Source of the DNA: an uncultured virus (IMG/VR IMGVR_UViG_3300035208_003515)
Lineage: Duplodnaviria > Heunggongvirae > Uroviricota > Caudoviricetes
Reading direction: 5' to 3' (one strand)
IMG/VR virus record: IMGVR_UViG_3300035208_003515
DNA length: 20,000 nucleotides
Shown: positions 8,437 through 16,386 of the stretch, one piece after another
Numbering within the stretch: the stretch's first letter is position 1
Layout of the letters: the number at the start of each line of letters is the position of its first letter
The notes under the pieces: model-generated
The model's input: only the letters and a program-made list of their open reading frames with translations
Told to the model about the DNA's origin: nothing
The model's database searches: none
Translations under genes and position numbers: made by a program

Positions 8437-8510
8437 AGAGCGTTAGTTCAGTGGGAGAACGTCCGTCTCATACGCGGAACACGATTGTCCGATTCAATCA
8501 CGCTCTACCA
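8437..8510 (+). tRNA. tRNA-Met(CAT), probably elongator
   Basis: AGAGCGT/ACGCTCT; loop CTCATAC; T loop TCCGATT; CCA. An Ile2 identity is not excluded. Confidence 0.8.
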
Positions 8511-8511
8511 T

Positions 8512-8589
8512 AGGTAAGTAGCCCAATTTGGCAGAGGCATTAGGTCGAGATCCTATTCAGTACGGGTTCAAATCCCGTCTTACCTACCA
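8512..8589 (+). tRNA. tRNA-Leu(GAG), short variable loop
   Basis: AGGTAAG/CTTACCT; loop TCGAGAT (C33); CCA. Confidence 0.85.
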
Positions 8590-8590
8590 C

Positions 8591-8666
8591 GGGCGAGTAG
8601 ACCAACTGGCAGAGTCGTTACGCTCAAACCGTAAAAGTACTGGTTCGAATCCAGTCTCGCTCACCA
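8591..8666 (+). tRNA. tRNA-Leu(CAA), short variable loop
   Basis: GGGCGAG/CTCGCTC; loop CTCAAAC; CCA. Confidence 0.88.
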
Positions 8667-8670
8667 ACAT

Positions 8671-8749
8671 GGCTCTGTAGCCCAACTGGTAGTATGGCAA
8701 CTGCCTTAAGAGCAGAAAAGTCTCAGTTCGAATCTGAGCAGAGCCACCA
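8671..8749 (+). tRNA. tRNA-Leu(TAA), short variable loop
   Basis: GGCTCTG/CAGAGCC; loop CTTAAGA; CCA. Confidence 0.88.
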
Positions 8750-8760
8750 TTTATCTTTAT

Positions 8761-8835
8761 ACGCTCGTAACCTAGTGGAAAGGTAGCTACCTTCTAAGTA
8801 GCCAAACGTGGGTTCGAGTCCCACCGAGCGTACCA
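8761..8835 (+). tRNA. tRNA-Arg(TCT)
   Basis: ACGCTCG/CGAGCGT; loop CTTCTAA; A20; CCA. Confidence 0.92.
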
Positions 8836-8838
8836 CAT

Positions 8839-8915
8839 TCGTCCGTAGTTCAATTGGATGAACGTCTGTTTCCTAAACAGAATGTATATGGGTTCAAGTC
8901 CCATCGGGCGAACCA
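8839..8915 (+). tRNA. tRNA-Arg(CCT)
   Basis: TCGTCCG/CGGGCGA; loop TTCCTAA; A20; CCA. Confidence 0.9.
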
Positions 8916-8916
8916 T

Positions 8917-9007
8917 CGGCGGGTGTGCTTAGTGGCGATAGCGATGGTCTGTAGAACCATTACCCACGTGGTAAACACCGCAGGTTCGACTCCTGCTCCG
9001 CCGACCA
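8917..9007 (+). tRNA. tRNA-Tyr(GTA) with C1:G72
   Basis: CGGCGGG/TCCGCCG; loop CTGTAGA; long variable arm; A73; CCA. Confidence 0.9.
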
Positions 9008-9010
9008 CTT

Positions 9011-9086
9011 ATCCCAGAAGCTCAAATGGAAGAGCGGATGTTTGCGAAACATCAGGGTATGGGTTCAATTCCCATCTGGGATACCA
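9011..9086 (+). tRNA. tRNA-Arg(GCG)
   Basis: ATCCCAG/CTGGGAT; loop TTGCGAA; A8; A20; CCA. Confidence 0.9.
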
Positions 9087-9097
9087 AGTAGATTAAT

Positions 9098-9184
9098 GGG
9101 TAGTTGGCAGAATGGCTAATGCGCTCGTCTCGAAAACGGGTGAACCGAAAGGTTTTGTGGGTTCGAATCCTACACTACCCGCCA
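9098..9184 (+). tRNA. tRNA-Ser(CGA)
   Basis: GGGTAGT/ACTACCC; loop CTCGAAA; long variable arm; G73; CCA. Confidence 0.93.
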
Positions 9185-9190
9185 AATTTT

Positions 9191-9266
9191 GTCCCCATAG
9201 CGCAATGAACAGAGCGTTACGCTTCGAACGTAAAGGTTGTAGGTTTGAGTCCTACTGGGGATACCA
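9191..9266 (+). tRNA. tRNA-Arg(TCG)
   Basis: GTCCCCA/TGGGGAT; loop CTTCGAA; A19/U56 variant; CCA. Confidence 0.88.
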
Positions 9267-9267
9267 C

Positions 9268-9356
9268 GGGAGGTTGCCAGAGTTCGGTAATGGCACAGTC
9301 TTGAAAACTGACGGAGCGGAAACGCTGCGAAGGTTCAAATCCTTCACCTCCCGCCA
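9268..9356 (+). tRNA. tRNA-Ser(TGA)
   Basis: GGGAGGT/ACCTCCC; loop CTTGAAA; long variable arm; G73; CCA. Confidence 0.93.
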
Positions 9357-9357
9357 T

Positions 9358-9432
9358 CGCAGACAGGGCAAACGGTTAAGCCACTGGCCTCATAAGCCTG
9401 GGGATTGGGTTCAACTCCCAAGTCTGCTACCA
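9358..9432 (+). tRNA. tRNA-Met(CAT), initiator-like
   Basis: C1xU72 mismatch, CGC start, loop CTCATAA, T loop TTCAACT. The anticodon stem CTGGC/GCCTG departs from the canonical three G:C pairs. Confidence 0.8.
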
Positions 9433-9433
9433 T

Positions 9434-9507
9434 TCTCCTGTCGTCTAATGGTCGGACAGCACCCTTTGAAGGTGAGAATGGGGGTTCGATTCCCTCTGGG
9501 AGAACCA
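9434..9507 (+). tRNA. tRNA-Gln(TTG)
   Basis: TCTCCTG/TGGGAGA (U1:A72); loop CTTTGAA; CCA. Confidence 0.9.
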
Positions 9508-9508
9508 T

Positions 9509-9584
9509 TCCCGAATCGTCTAACTGGTAGGACGTGATACTCTGAATATCAAAATGGGCGGTTCGAACCCACCTTCGGGAACCA
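9509..9584 (+). tRNA. tRNA-Gln(CTG)
   Basis: TCCCGAA/TTCGGGA (U1:A72); loop CTCTGAA; imperfect T stem; CCA. Confidence 0.88.
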
Positions 9585-9595
9585 AACGAATAAGA

Positions 9596-9627
9596 AGCCC
9601 CTGTTAGAAGTAGCAGGGGCTATTTTT
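9596..9627 (+). terminator. Intrinsic terminator of the tRNA array
   Basis: AGCCCCTGTTA-GAAG-TAGCAGGGGCT followed by ATTTTT. Confidence 0.85.
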
Positions 9628-9634
9628 ATAAGTA

Positions 9635-9663
9635 TTGACTAAATACTACTTAATAAGTAAAAT
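9635..9663 (+). promoter_or_regulatory. Sigma70-type promoter for the asnB-like operon
   Basis: TTGACT, 17 nt, TAAAAT; SD-like AAGGTGA at 9671-9677. Confidence 0.7.
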
Positions 9664-9687
9664 TAAGCACAAGGTGATTAAAAAATT

Positions 9688-11541
9688 ATGTGTGGAATAG
9701 CCGGAATTTACGGGCGTAACAATACAGATCAGATTACTAAGATGGTTCAATCCATTCAACATCGTGGTGGAGATGGCAACCGAGCCTACACAGATGAAAA
9801 AGTAGCATTGGGACATTCAAGATTAGCCATCATCGACCTCTCAGATAAAGCTACACAGCCCATCTATAATGAAGATGGCTCAGTTATCTTAGTAGTCAAT
9901 GGGGAAATCTATAATTACAAGTCTCTTCGTGAGCAGTTGATTGAAGTCGGACATACCTTTAAGTCAGATTGTGATAGTGAAGTCATAGTCCATGCCTATG
10001 AAGAATGGTATGATGATTTTATTAATAAACTAAGTGGCATGTTCGCACTTGCATTGTATGACAGGAGAGAAGATAGGCTGATTTTAGCCCGTGACCCCAT
10101 CGGTAAGAAGCCCCTCTATTACTGCTGGAAGGCGGGGATACTTTATTTTGCATCGGAAATCAAGGCCATCCTTAAAATCATTCCGGCAGAAGTCAACTAT
10201 GATATGATCTCTACCTATTTAATGTACCAGTATTCAATGGGTAATGAGACTTTATTCAAAGGAATACGGAAACTTGCCCCAGGTTGCATGATGGTTTCAA
10301 ATGGTAGAGGGCATTTAATCAAGAAATACTGGGAGATAGATGATAGGCCGGTCATTACCTGTAATGAAAGGCAGTTAATCGGGACATTGCAGACATATTT
10401 AGAGTGGTCGGTCAAGGCGAGGTTGCAAGCAGACGTTCCAGTAGGGGCGTTTTTATCAGGCGGGATTGATTCAAGTTCTGTGGTTGCGCTGTGGAGATCA
10501 CTTGCCTCTAATCCAATTCATACTTTTACTGCCAGCTTTGAAGGCCATTCTGAAGCTGTATATGCTAAATTAGTCAGTGAACATTTAAGTGTAGAATATC
10601 ACGAAGTACCGATTACTGCTGATATGGTAGCAACAGATATTTCTAAGATAACATGGCATCACGATGAACCTCTTGGAGATGCTGCAGTCATAAATAATTA
10701 CTATCTCGCTCAGGAAGCAAGGAAATATGTCAAAGTAGTCTTAGCCGGTGAAGGTGGGGACGAATTGTTCGGCGGATATCCGTGGTATAAATACGCCCCG
10801 CACCTTGAGACAATGACTAAAACACCTGTATGGTTGCGGAAATTCGGGCAGCGATGGTTAGGGAACGGCAATCCTTTAGATTGGGATGATAAGTTTGACC
10901 GGATACTTCAGTTCCCCATGCAGCAAACTACGGAAGAGATGCTGTTATACCCGACTACATCAATGAGTTTATTGAACCTATCCTGGTTGACAGGCAAACC
11001 ATATCAGGAATTAAGAAGGGAAGTGATCTTAAAAGCACGCACTCCTAACGTAAAGTCATTGTATAATAAGATGTTGGGGATAGACTGCCTTAATTTACTA
11101 CCTGAGAAGTTCTTAATGAAAGCGGATAAGGCAACAATGGCTCACGCTTTAGAAGAACGGCTGCCACTGTTAGATAAAGATATAATTCAATACGCCTTCA
11201 GTTTGCCCACTCACTTAAAAAAGGATAAGTACATTCTAAGGAAAGCAGTAGAGGATTTACTACCAAGCGAGATAGTATGGCGAAAGAAGGCAGGGTTTGG
11301 CACTCCGGTAGCAGAATGGCTGAATAATCCGCAGATGAGGCTTATAACAATGCACTGTTTACGGGATGGCAAGTTATTAAAGGAAATATGCGTATCGGAA
11401 AGATTATCTAAGTTGGGGAAGTATGTAATGGATGGTAAGTTGAAGTCAGGTGGAGCGTTATCTCTGAATGTATCCGGTATGATTTGGAACTTGGTAGCCT
11501 TGCAGGTATGGCATGATAAGTATTTTGGAGGTGAGCAATGA
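9688..11541 (+). CDS. asnB: Glutamine-hydrolysing asparagine synthase-family amidotransferase
   Basis: N-terminal MCGIAG (Ntn catalytic Cys), RLAIID, NGEIYN, LSGGIDSS and GEGGDELFGGY. Confidence 0.93.
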   Translation: MCGIAGIYGRNNTDQITKMVQSIQHRGGDGNRAYTDEKVALGHSRLAIIDLSDKATQPIYNEDGSVILVVNGEIYNYKSLREQLIEVGHTFKSDCDSEVIVHAYEEWYDDFINKLSGMFALALYDRREDRLILARDPIGKKPLYYCWKAGILYFASEIKAILKIIPAEVNYDMISTYLMYQYSMGNETLFKGIRKLAPGCMMVSNGRGHLIKKYWEIDDRPVITCNERQLIGTLQTYLEWSVKARLQADVPVGAFLSGGIDSSSVVALWRSLASNPIHTFTASFEGHSEAVYAKLVSEHLSVEYHEVPITADMVATDISKITWHHDEPLGDAAVINNYYLAQEARKYVKVVLAGEGGDELFGGYPWYKYAPHLETMTKTPVWLRKFGQRWLGNGNPLDWDDKFDRILQFPMQQTTEEMLLYPTTSMSLLNLSWLTGKPYQELRREVILKARTPNVKSLYNKMLGIDCLNLLPEKFLMKADKATMAHALEERLPLLDKDIIQYAFSLPTHLKKDKYILRKAVEDLLPSEIVWRKKAGFGTPVAEWLNNPQMRLITMHCLRDGKLLKEICVSERLSKLGKYVMDGKLKSGGALSLNVSGMIWNLVALQVWHDKYFGGEQ

Positions 11542-12035
11542 GAATAGCTTACGCTGACCCACCATACTTAGGATGTGCTAACAAGTACCCCGAAAAGAAA
11601 GAAGTTGACCATGTAGAGTTAATAGCGCAGCTGCAAACCTATGATGCTTGGGCGTTATCTTGTCATTCACCATCACTGAAAGTCCTATTGCCGATGTGCC
11701 CTGATAATGTGAGAGTGGCAGCATGGGTTAAGCCATTCTGCACTTTCAAGGTCAATGTGAATCCTGCCTATGCGTGGGAGCCTGTGTTGTTCGTTCCTCT
11801 CAAAAGAGACAGATACGTAGATACTGTGCGTGATTGGGTCATATCAAATATCACTCTTAAAAAGGGAGTAGTTGGAGCGAAGCCTACTGACTTCTGCTTT
11901 TGGTTGTTTGAGTTGCTTGGTGCTGGAGAACAAGATGAGTTAGATGACTTATTCCCTGGGACAGGAATAGTCAGCAAGTGTTGGCAATCTTATATAGAAA
12001 TGAAAAGTTGTAAGCAGGGAGAGTTAATGCTATGA
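11538..12035 (+). CDS. Compact amino-methyltransferase (DNA N6-adenine/N4-cytosine type), phage-like
   Basis: Catalytic YADPPY at the N-terminus, followed by KP and motif I-like DLFPGTG at the C-terminus (beta-like order). Confidence 0.7.
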   Translation: MRIAYADPPYLGCANKYPEKKEVDHVELIAQLQTYDAWALSCHSPSLKVLLPMCPDNVRVAAWVKPFCTFKVNVNPAYAWEPVLFVPLKRDRYVDTVRDWVISNITLKKGVVGAKPTDFCFWLFELLGAGEQDELDDLFPGTGIVSKCWQSYIEMKSCKQGELML

Positions 12036-13162
12036 AAATATTAATCTGTGCAGCCCTCTTTGCCCCACATATAGGTGGATATGAAAAGAATGTATCTATA
12101 ATAGCCAAACGATTAGCAAATAACGGTCATAGAGTAGATGTATTAACCTGCAACACTAATAATGCAGCAGACTATGAAAGCAGTTTAGATGATAAGTTCT
12201 TTATAATAAGGTTGCCCGCTTGGAACTTGCTCAACGGTGCGTATCCTGTCCCTGCCATATCACTGAAAACACTCTGTATGTTGAAAAGATTGCATGATTA
12301 TGATGTGGTTTTAACGCAGACACGGTTTTTCGCTACTTCATTCTTAGGATACTTGATTGCCTTGATTAAAAATATACCTTTAATAGCAGTAGAGAGAGGT
12401 ACTTGTCATTCAGTAGTACAGAATAAAACCGTAGGACTAATAAATAAGTTTTACGATCACACGATAGGGACTTTAATAGTTAAATCAGCGAAGGTTAATG
12501 TTGGAGTTTCACAGGCAGCAGCGGATTTTGTTAAGCATTTGGGTGGTAAGTGCAGGGTAATCTACAACGGCATAGACTGTGACCGAGGCCGGACGCAAAT
12601 AATAACGGATAACCCGTCAAAAGAGCGTTACATTACATTCGTAGGCCGTTTAATCTATGCAAAGGGTGTGCAGGACTTGCTGTGTGCCTTCCGTAACATA
12701 GAGCGATCTGATTTACGGTTAAGGATTGTCGGGGATGGCAATTATCGGTCACAGTTAGAACAATATGCCAAAGATTGGGGAATTGAAGATAGAGTGAGGT
12801 TCTACGGTGAGCGCAAAGACGTGATTGATTTACTGGAAGAGTCCGATATCTTCGTAAACCCCTCATATTCAGAAGGACTTCCGACTTCTGTAATGGAAGC
12901 AGCCAGTGTCGGTTTACCGATTGTAGCAACGGATGTAGGTGGAACGGATGAAATCATCAATAATATGGATAGCGGGATACTAATTCCACCAGGACAGCCG
13001 GACATGATAGCCGGAGCAATCAAGGTTTTGCTCCATGATGAACGGTATGCAAAGGTCATGGGATTGATGGCTAAAAGGAATGTCATGGAGAAGTTCAATT
13101 GGGATACTATTACAGAGCAATATCAGAATCTAATAAAAGAGGTGTGCAATGGCAGGAGATAA
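12032..13162 (+). CDS. Glycosyltransferase family 4 (GT-B)
   Basis: PHIGGYE, IYNGID, FVGRL...KG and SEGLPTSVMEAASVGLPIVATDVGG. Confidence 0.93.
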   Translation: MKILICAALFAPHIGGYEKNVSIIAKRLANNGHRVDVLTCNTNNAADYESSLDDKFFIIRLPAWNLLNGAYPVPAISLKTLCMLKRLHDYDVVLTQTRFFATSFLGYLIALIKNIPLIAVERGTCHSVVQNKTVGLINKFYDHTIGTLIVKSAKVNVGVSQAAADFVKHLGGKCRVIYNGIDCDRGRTQIITDNPSKERYITFVGRLIYAKGVQDLLCAFRNIERSDLRLRIVGDGNYRSQLEQYAKDWGIEDRVRFYGERKDVIDLLEESDIFVNPSYSEGLPTSVMEAASVGLPIVATDVGGTDEIINNMDSGILIPPGQPDMIAGAIKVLLHDERYAKVMGLMAKRNVMEKFNWDTITEQYQNLIKEVCNGRR

Positions 13163-13442
13163 GATTAGAATTAGGCCGGAGTGGATGCAAGCAAATCCAT
13201 GTAAGAGTTGTTCTATGAGTGGTAGGGCAGAGTGCCAAGAATGCAATAGAGATAAAGAACCCGTAAAAGAACTACTGAAATATCTAAATATAGATATGGT
13301 TTGGTTGCCACCCCAGAGCGTTAAAATGCGTAAATATAAAGACTCTCCCGTAACAGCGCATATTAGAGTTGGGACAGATATGAGAATGATGGCACAATCA
13401 TCTATTGAATCAATGCTAACGCAACTGGAGGAAATAAAATGA
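13149..13442 (+). CDS. Hypothetical protein with two CxxC motifs
   Basis: CKSC...CQEC; overlaps both neighbours; GAGGTG SD. Confidence 0.65.
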   Translation: MAGDKIRIRPEWMQANPCKSCSMSGRAECQECNRDKEPVKELLKYLNIDMVWLPPQSVKMRKYKDSPVTAHIRVGTDMRMMAQSSIESMLTQLEEIK

Positions 13443-13576
13443 GAGATTGGTTATTCGTATTCTTTCTACTGGCAATGTTAATAGGTGTTTGGGTTTCACT
13501 GTATGGTGGGCAGGAAAAGATAGGCATTGTGGTAGCGTGGTTATCGTTGGGTTGTATGCTGTTCTTTATTTACTAA
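13439..13576 (+). CDS. 45-aa two-helix membrane protein (not in ORF track)
   Basis: MRDWLFVFFLLAMLIGVWVSLYGGQEKIGIVVAWLSLGCMLFFIY; GGAGG SD and ATGA overlap. Confidence 0.7.
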   Translation: MRDWLFVFFLLAMLIGVWVSLYGGQEKIGIVVAWLSLGCMLFFIY

Positions 13577-13589
13577 AAGGAGAAGTAAC

Positions 13590-13781
13590 TTGAAAAAGAT
13601 AGGTAGCGTAGCTATTCATAAAATCATTGAGAATGAGTCTATTAGCAAGCGCACAATAGTTTGTGGGGAAAAGTATTCCATAAACCTCGATTGCTCTTTA
13701 TATTGGAAAGATGTTAACTGTATACCGTGCCTTACTATTGGTATCCTGAGGCAATCAATAACTGGGAATCATGAGGAATAG
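13590..13781 (+). CDS. 63-aa hypothetical Cys/His-containing protein
   Basis: AGGAG SD with TTG start; H...CG...V.C..C pattern; abuts the next gene. Confidence 0.6.
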   Translation: MKKIGSVAIHKIIENESISKRTIVCGEKYSINLDCSLYWKDVNCIPCLTIGILRQSITGNHEE

Positions 13782-14692
13782 TGATGACAAAAAAGATTGC
13801 ACTCGTCACCGGCAGCGCAGGTTTCATCGGAAGTAATCTCTGTGAAGCGTTGATTAAACGGGGATACACCGTCACCGGAATAGACAACTTATCCACTGGA
13901 AGGATTGAGTATATCATGGGGTTAGACATGGCCTTCTTTGAAGGATCGATAACCGACTTAACCTTTATGCGCCCCCTCTTCCAAGATGTAGACTATGTAT
14001 TCCACCAGGCTGCCCTTCCCTCAGTCCCACGGAGCGTAGCTGATCCCCTTGCTTCAAATAATGCCAATGTCAATGGGACTTTAAAAGTTTTAGTGGCAGC
14101 CCGTGATGCTGGAGTAAAAAAGGTCATCTACGCCTCAAGTTCCTCAGTATATGGGGATACCCCTACACTTCCGAAGGTAGAGACAATGGCAACTCACCCT
14201 ATGAGTCCCTATGCCGTATCAAAACTCGCCGGTGAGAATTACTGTAGGGCTTTTAATAAGGTGTATGGGCTGGAAACGGTATGTCTCAGGTATTTCAATG
14301 TATTCGGCAGGCATCAGACAGCGCATTCGGCCTACGCCGCCGTGATTCCTCTATTCGTTAAAGCACTCATGGAAGGTTCTAATCCTGTAATCTTCGGTGA
14401 TGGTAAGACTTCAAGGGACTTCACTTACATTAAAAACGTGGTCGATGCCAATATCCTCTTTGCAGAAAACGATGCAACAGGGGTATTCAATATAGCATGT
14501 GGGGAGAGGCATACACTCAATGAACTGGTAAAACTAATATCAGTAACCATTGATAAATCATACAAAGTAATTTATAATGAAGAAAGAGTAGGTGATGTAA
14601 AACACTCACTTGCGGATATTTCAAAGGCAAAAAAGGAAGGCTATAATCCGAAATTCAATCTCGAAGCGGGGCTAAGAGATTTATTATTATAA
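13781..14692 (+). CDS. NAD-dependent nucleotide-sugar epimerase/dehydratase (WbpP-like UDP-GlcNAc 4-epimerase group)
   Basis: VTGSAGFIGS, HQAALPSVPRS, ASSSSVYG, YAVSK (YxxxK) and LRYFNVFG. Confidence 0.92.
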   Translation: MMTKKIALVTGSAGFIGSNLCEALIKRGYTVTGIDNLSTGRIEYIMGLDMAFFEGSITDLTFMRPLFQDVDYVFHQAALPSVPRSVADPLASNNANVNGTLKVLVAARDAGVKKVIYASSSSVYGDTPTLPKVETMATHPMSPYAVSKLAGENYCRAFNKVYGLETVCLRYFNVFGRHQTAHSAYAAVIPLFVKALMEGSNPVIFGDGKTSRDFTYIKNVVDANILFAENDATGVFNIACGERHTLNELVKLISVTIDKSYKVIYNEERVGDVKHSLADISKAKKEGYNPKFNLEAGLRDLLL

Positions 14693-14712
14693 AAATAAAA
14701 CGGAGGAATCTA

Positions 14713-15615
14713 TTGAAAAAAGTCTTAATTCTTTTACTTGTCATGGCATGTCTCATGGTTATCCCTGCATCAGCATCAGCAGACCTTTTAACTCTTGGTC
14801 TGGACAATAAGGATGGATCATGGGCAAGGATTGTTGATAGCACAGAAGGAACACTCACTTATGAATCCAGTGGAGTGGTCTTCACTTACACATTTGAGGC
14901 TACGGGATTGGAAAATGACACTGAGTATTCCTTAATCTACTACGCTAACCCGTACCCTGGTTGCAATCCTGGTAAACTTATTGGAACAGGGACATCAAGT
15001 GGAACAGGCACACTTTCAATTTCAGGTAGTCCTAACCTTGATATGAACATCCCAACTCCGCCTGATTCTAACATGACTACAGACCATTCAGTTGCGCCGG
15101 ATTTCTATACACACCCATTCGGGGCAAAGATATGGCTTGTCCCTTCGGACTGTTACAACTCAACTACTAATTCGATTACTTCATGGAGTCCGTCAAGGTT
15201 CTTGTTTGAGACAGACTTGATTAATTACACAGATACGGATTTGACAGGTGGAACTTCACTACCTACAACGGTTACTGTAACGGAACAGGTCTCTACTATA
15301 GGATTATCAGTCAGCCCTGCATCACTGAACTTTGGAAGTGTTGCAATAGGCTCGTGCTCGGCTGAATTACCGATTACCCTTACTAACACTGGCAATGTCC
15401 CAATAAAAGCCACAGCGAACCCCTCAGCGGGCATAAATGCAGCTTGTATGCAGCTCCAGCCAACTGGAGGCACGTATTCATCTGCGGTAGGGTGGGTATC
15501 ACCTGTAATTCCTGTAGGGGGTTCATTAGTAGTCAATGCAAAACTTTGTCCTACGATAGCATATTCAGGCACAGTGCCAGGGACGTTAGGTTTCAATGCA
15601 TCATTCGCTCCGTAG
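14713..15615 (+). CDS. Secreted Ser/Thr/Gly-rich protein with C-terminal Ig-like (ASH/PapD-like) domain
   Basis: Signal peptide MKK...ASASA; VSPASLNFGSV...ITLTNTGNVP pattern; GGAGG SD. Confidence 0.7.
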   Translation: MKKVLILLLVMACLMVIPASASADLLTLGLDNKDGSWARIVDSTEGTLTYESSGVVFTYTFEATGLENDTEYSLIYYANPYPGCNPGKLIGTGTSSGTGTLSISGSPNLDMNIPTPPDSNMTTDHSVAPDFYTHPFGAKIWLVPSDCYNSTTNSITSWSPSRFLFETDLINYTDTDLTGGTSLPTTVTVTEQVSTIGLSVSPASLNFGSVAIGSCSAELPITLTNTGNVPIKATANPSAGINAACMQLQPTGGTYSSAVGWVSPVIPVGGSLVVNAKLCPTIAYSGTVPGTLGFNASFAP

Positions 15616-16000
15616 TCTATTCAGTCTCTTGGTAGGGGTGGCACTACTTTTGTGTAGTGCTGCTCCTATACTTGCGGATGCAGGCGTGACCATTGAAACG
15701 ACAGTTACAGTCACAGGCGGCTCAGGTGGGGGTTATTATGGGGGTGGAACAACCTATGTAGAGCCAGAGACCTACAGTCAGCCAACTTCACATGGGGGCT
15801 ATATCCCCACTGTACAGCAGCCTGTTCAAATCCCTACTCCATCAGTAAGCCTACAACAGTCAGAAAGCACTACAGTTACGGATACCCCAGTAAAGGAAGA
15901 GCTCAAGATAGACTGGTTATTGGTTGTCTGCATTATTACTATCGTAGCAGTGGCTACAGGGATAATCGTTATCCTGATTAAAAGACGGAGGAAGTATTAA
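15596..16000 (+). CDS. Exported low-complexity protein with C-terminal membrane anchor
   Basis: Signal-like N-terminus, Gly/Thr/Pro/Gln-rich linker, hydrophobic helix and KRRRKY tail. Confidence 0.7.
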   Translation: MHHSLRSLFSLLVGVALLLCSAAPILADAGVTIETTVTVTGGSGGGYYGGGTTYVEPETYSQPTSHGGYIPTVQQPVQIPTPSVSLQQSESTTVTDTPVKEELKIDWLLVVCIITIVAVATGIIVILIKRRRKY

Positions 16001-16131
16001 TGATAGACTATGAGGTAAACGGGTTGTTGTTTGTGTTGGCTTTGGGGGCTATGTTGACCGCTGCATTAATTATCGCAGTGTGTACCTGGCTCTACTATAG
16101 GAGACAGGATAAGAGGAAGGTAAGGAAATGA
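16000..16131 (+). CDS. 43-aa single-pass membrane protein (not in ORF track)
   Basis: MIDYEVNGLLFVLALGAMLTAALIIAVCTWLYYRRQDKRKVRK; TAATG and ATGA overlaps. Confidence 0.65.
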   Translation: MIDYEVNGLLFVLALGAMLTAALIIAVCTWLYYRRQDKRKVRK

Positions 16132-16367
16132 TCGCCACCATCTTACCCTGTGAAAAGTGTGGGCGGGTAGAAGTCACCGGCGACCTGAAAAGAATAGATG
16201 GCAAACCAAATGTCCGTTTATGCGCTCTTCACTTTGCAGAGGCCATCAGTTCCCAGACCTATCATCCCAATGTTGACCTGATCCGGCGGGAGATGAAGCG
16301 CTCACTTCTAAAACAATCCGAGTATCTTTCACCAAAAGGTATTGACTTAAAAGCACAAAGCGTATAA
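16128..16367 (+). CDS. Hypothetical zinc-finger-like protein
   Basis: CEKC...CALH; ATGA-coupled to the upstream ORF. Confidence 0.6.
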   Translation: MIATILPCEKCGRVEVTGDLKRIDGKPNVRLCALHFAEAISSQTYHPNVDLIRREMKRSLLKQSEYLSPKGIDLKAQSV

Positions 16368-16370
16368 GAT
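16342..16370 (+). promoter_or_regulatory. Sigma70-type promoter (unit 1)
   Basis: TTGACT, 17 nt, TAAGAT. Confidence 0.6.
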
Positions 16371-16386
16371 AACATAGTATCACTAC

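Noticed and set aside
8761..8835. Possible amber suppressor (CTA visible in loop CTTCTAA) or genetic-code reassignment
   Set aside because: The centred anticodon is TCT and A20 supports Arg. No CTA, TTA or TCA anticodon was found in the array, and genes end normally at TAG, TGA and TAA.
7017..9537. ORF-track ORFs within the tRNA array (e.g. 7017-7409, 7708-8040, 8854-9096, 9112-9537)
   Set aside because: They lie entirely on tRNA genes, lack SDs and translate to the typical tRNA-shadow pattern, so they are spurious.
3384..15635. Antisense or nested ORFs (3384-3632, 10215-10415, 11768-11977, 12633-12929, 12802-13098, 13735-13929, 14655-14858, 15225-15596, 15444-15635)
   Set aside because: They overlap well-supported genes on the opposite strand or in another frame and have no recognisable motifs.
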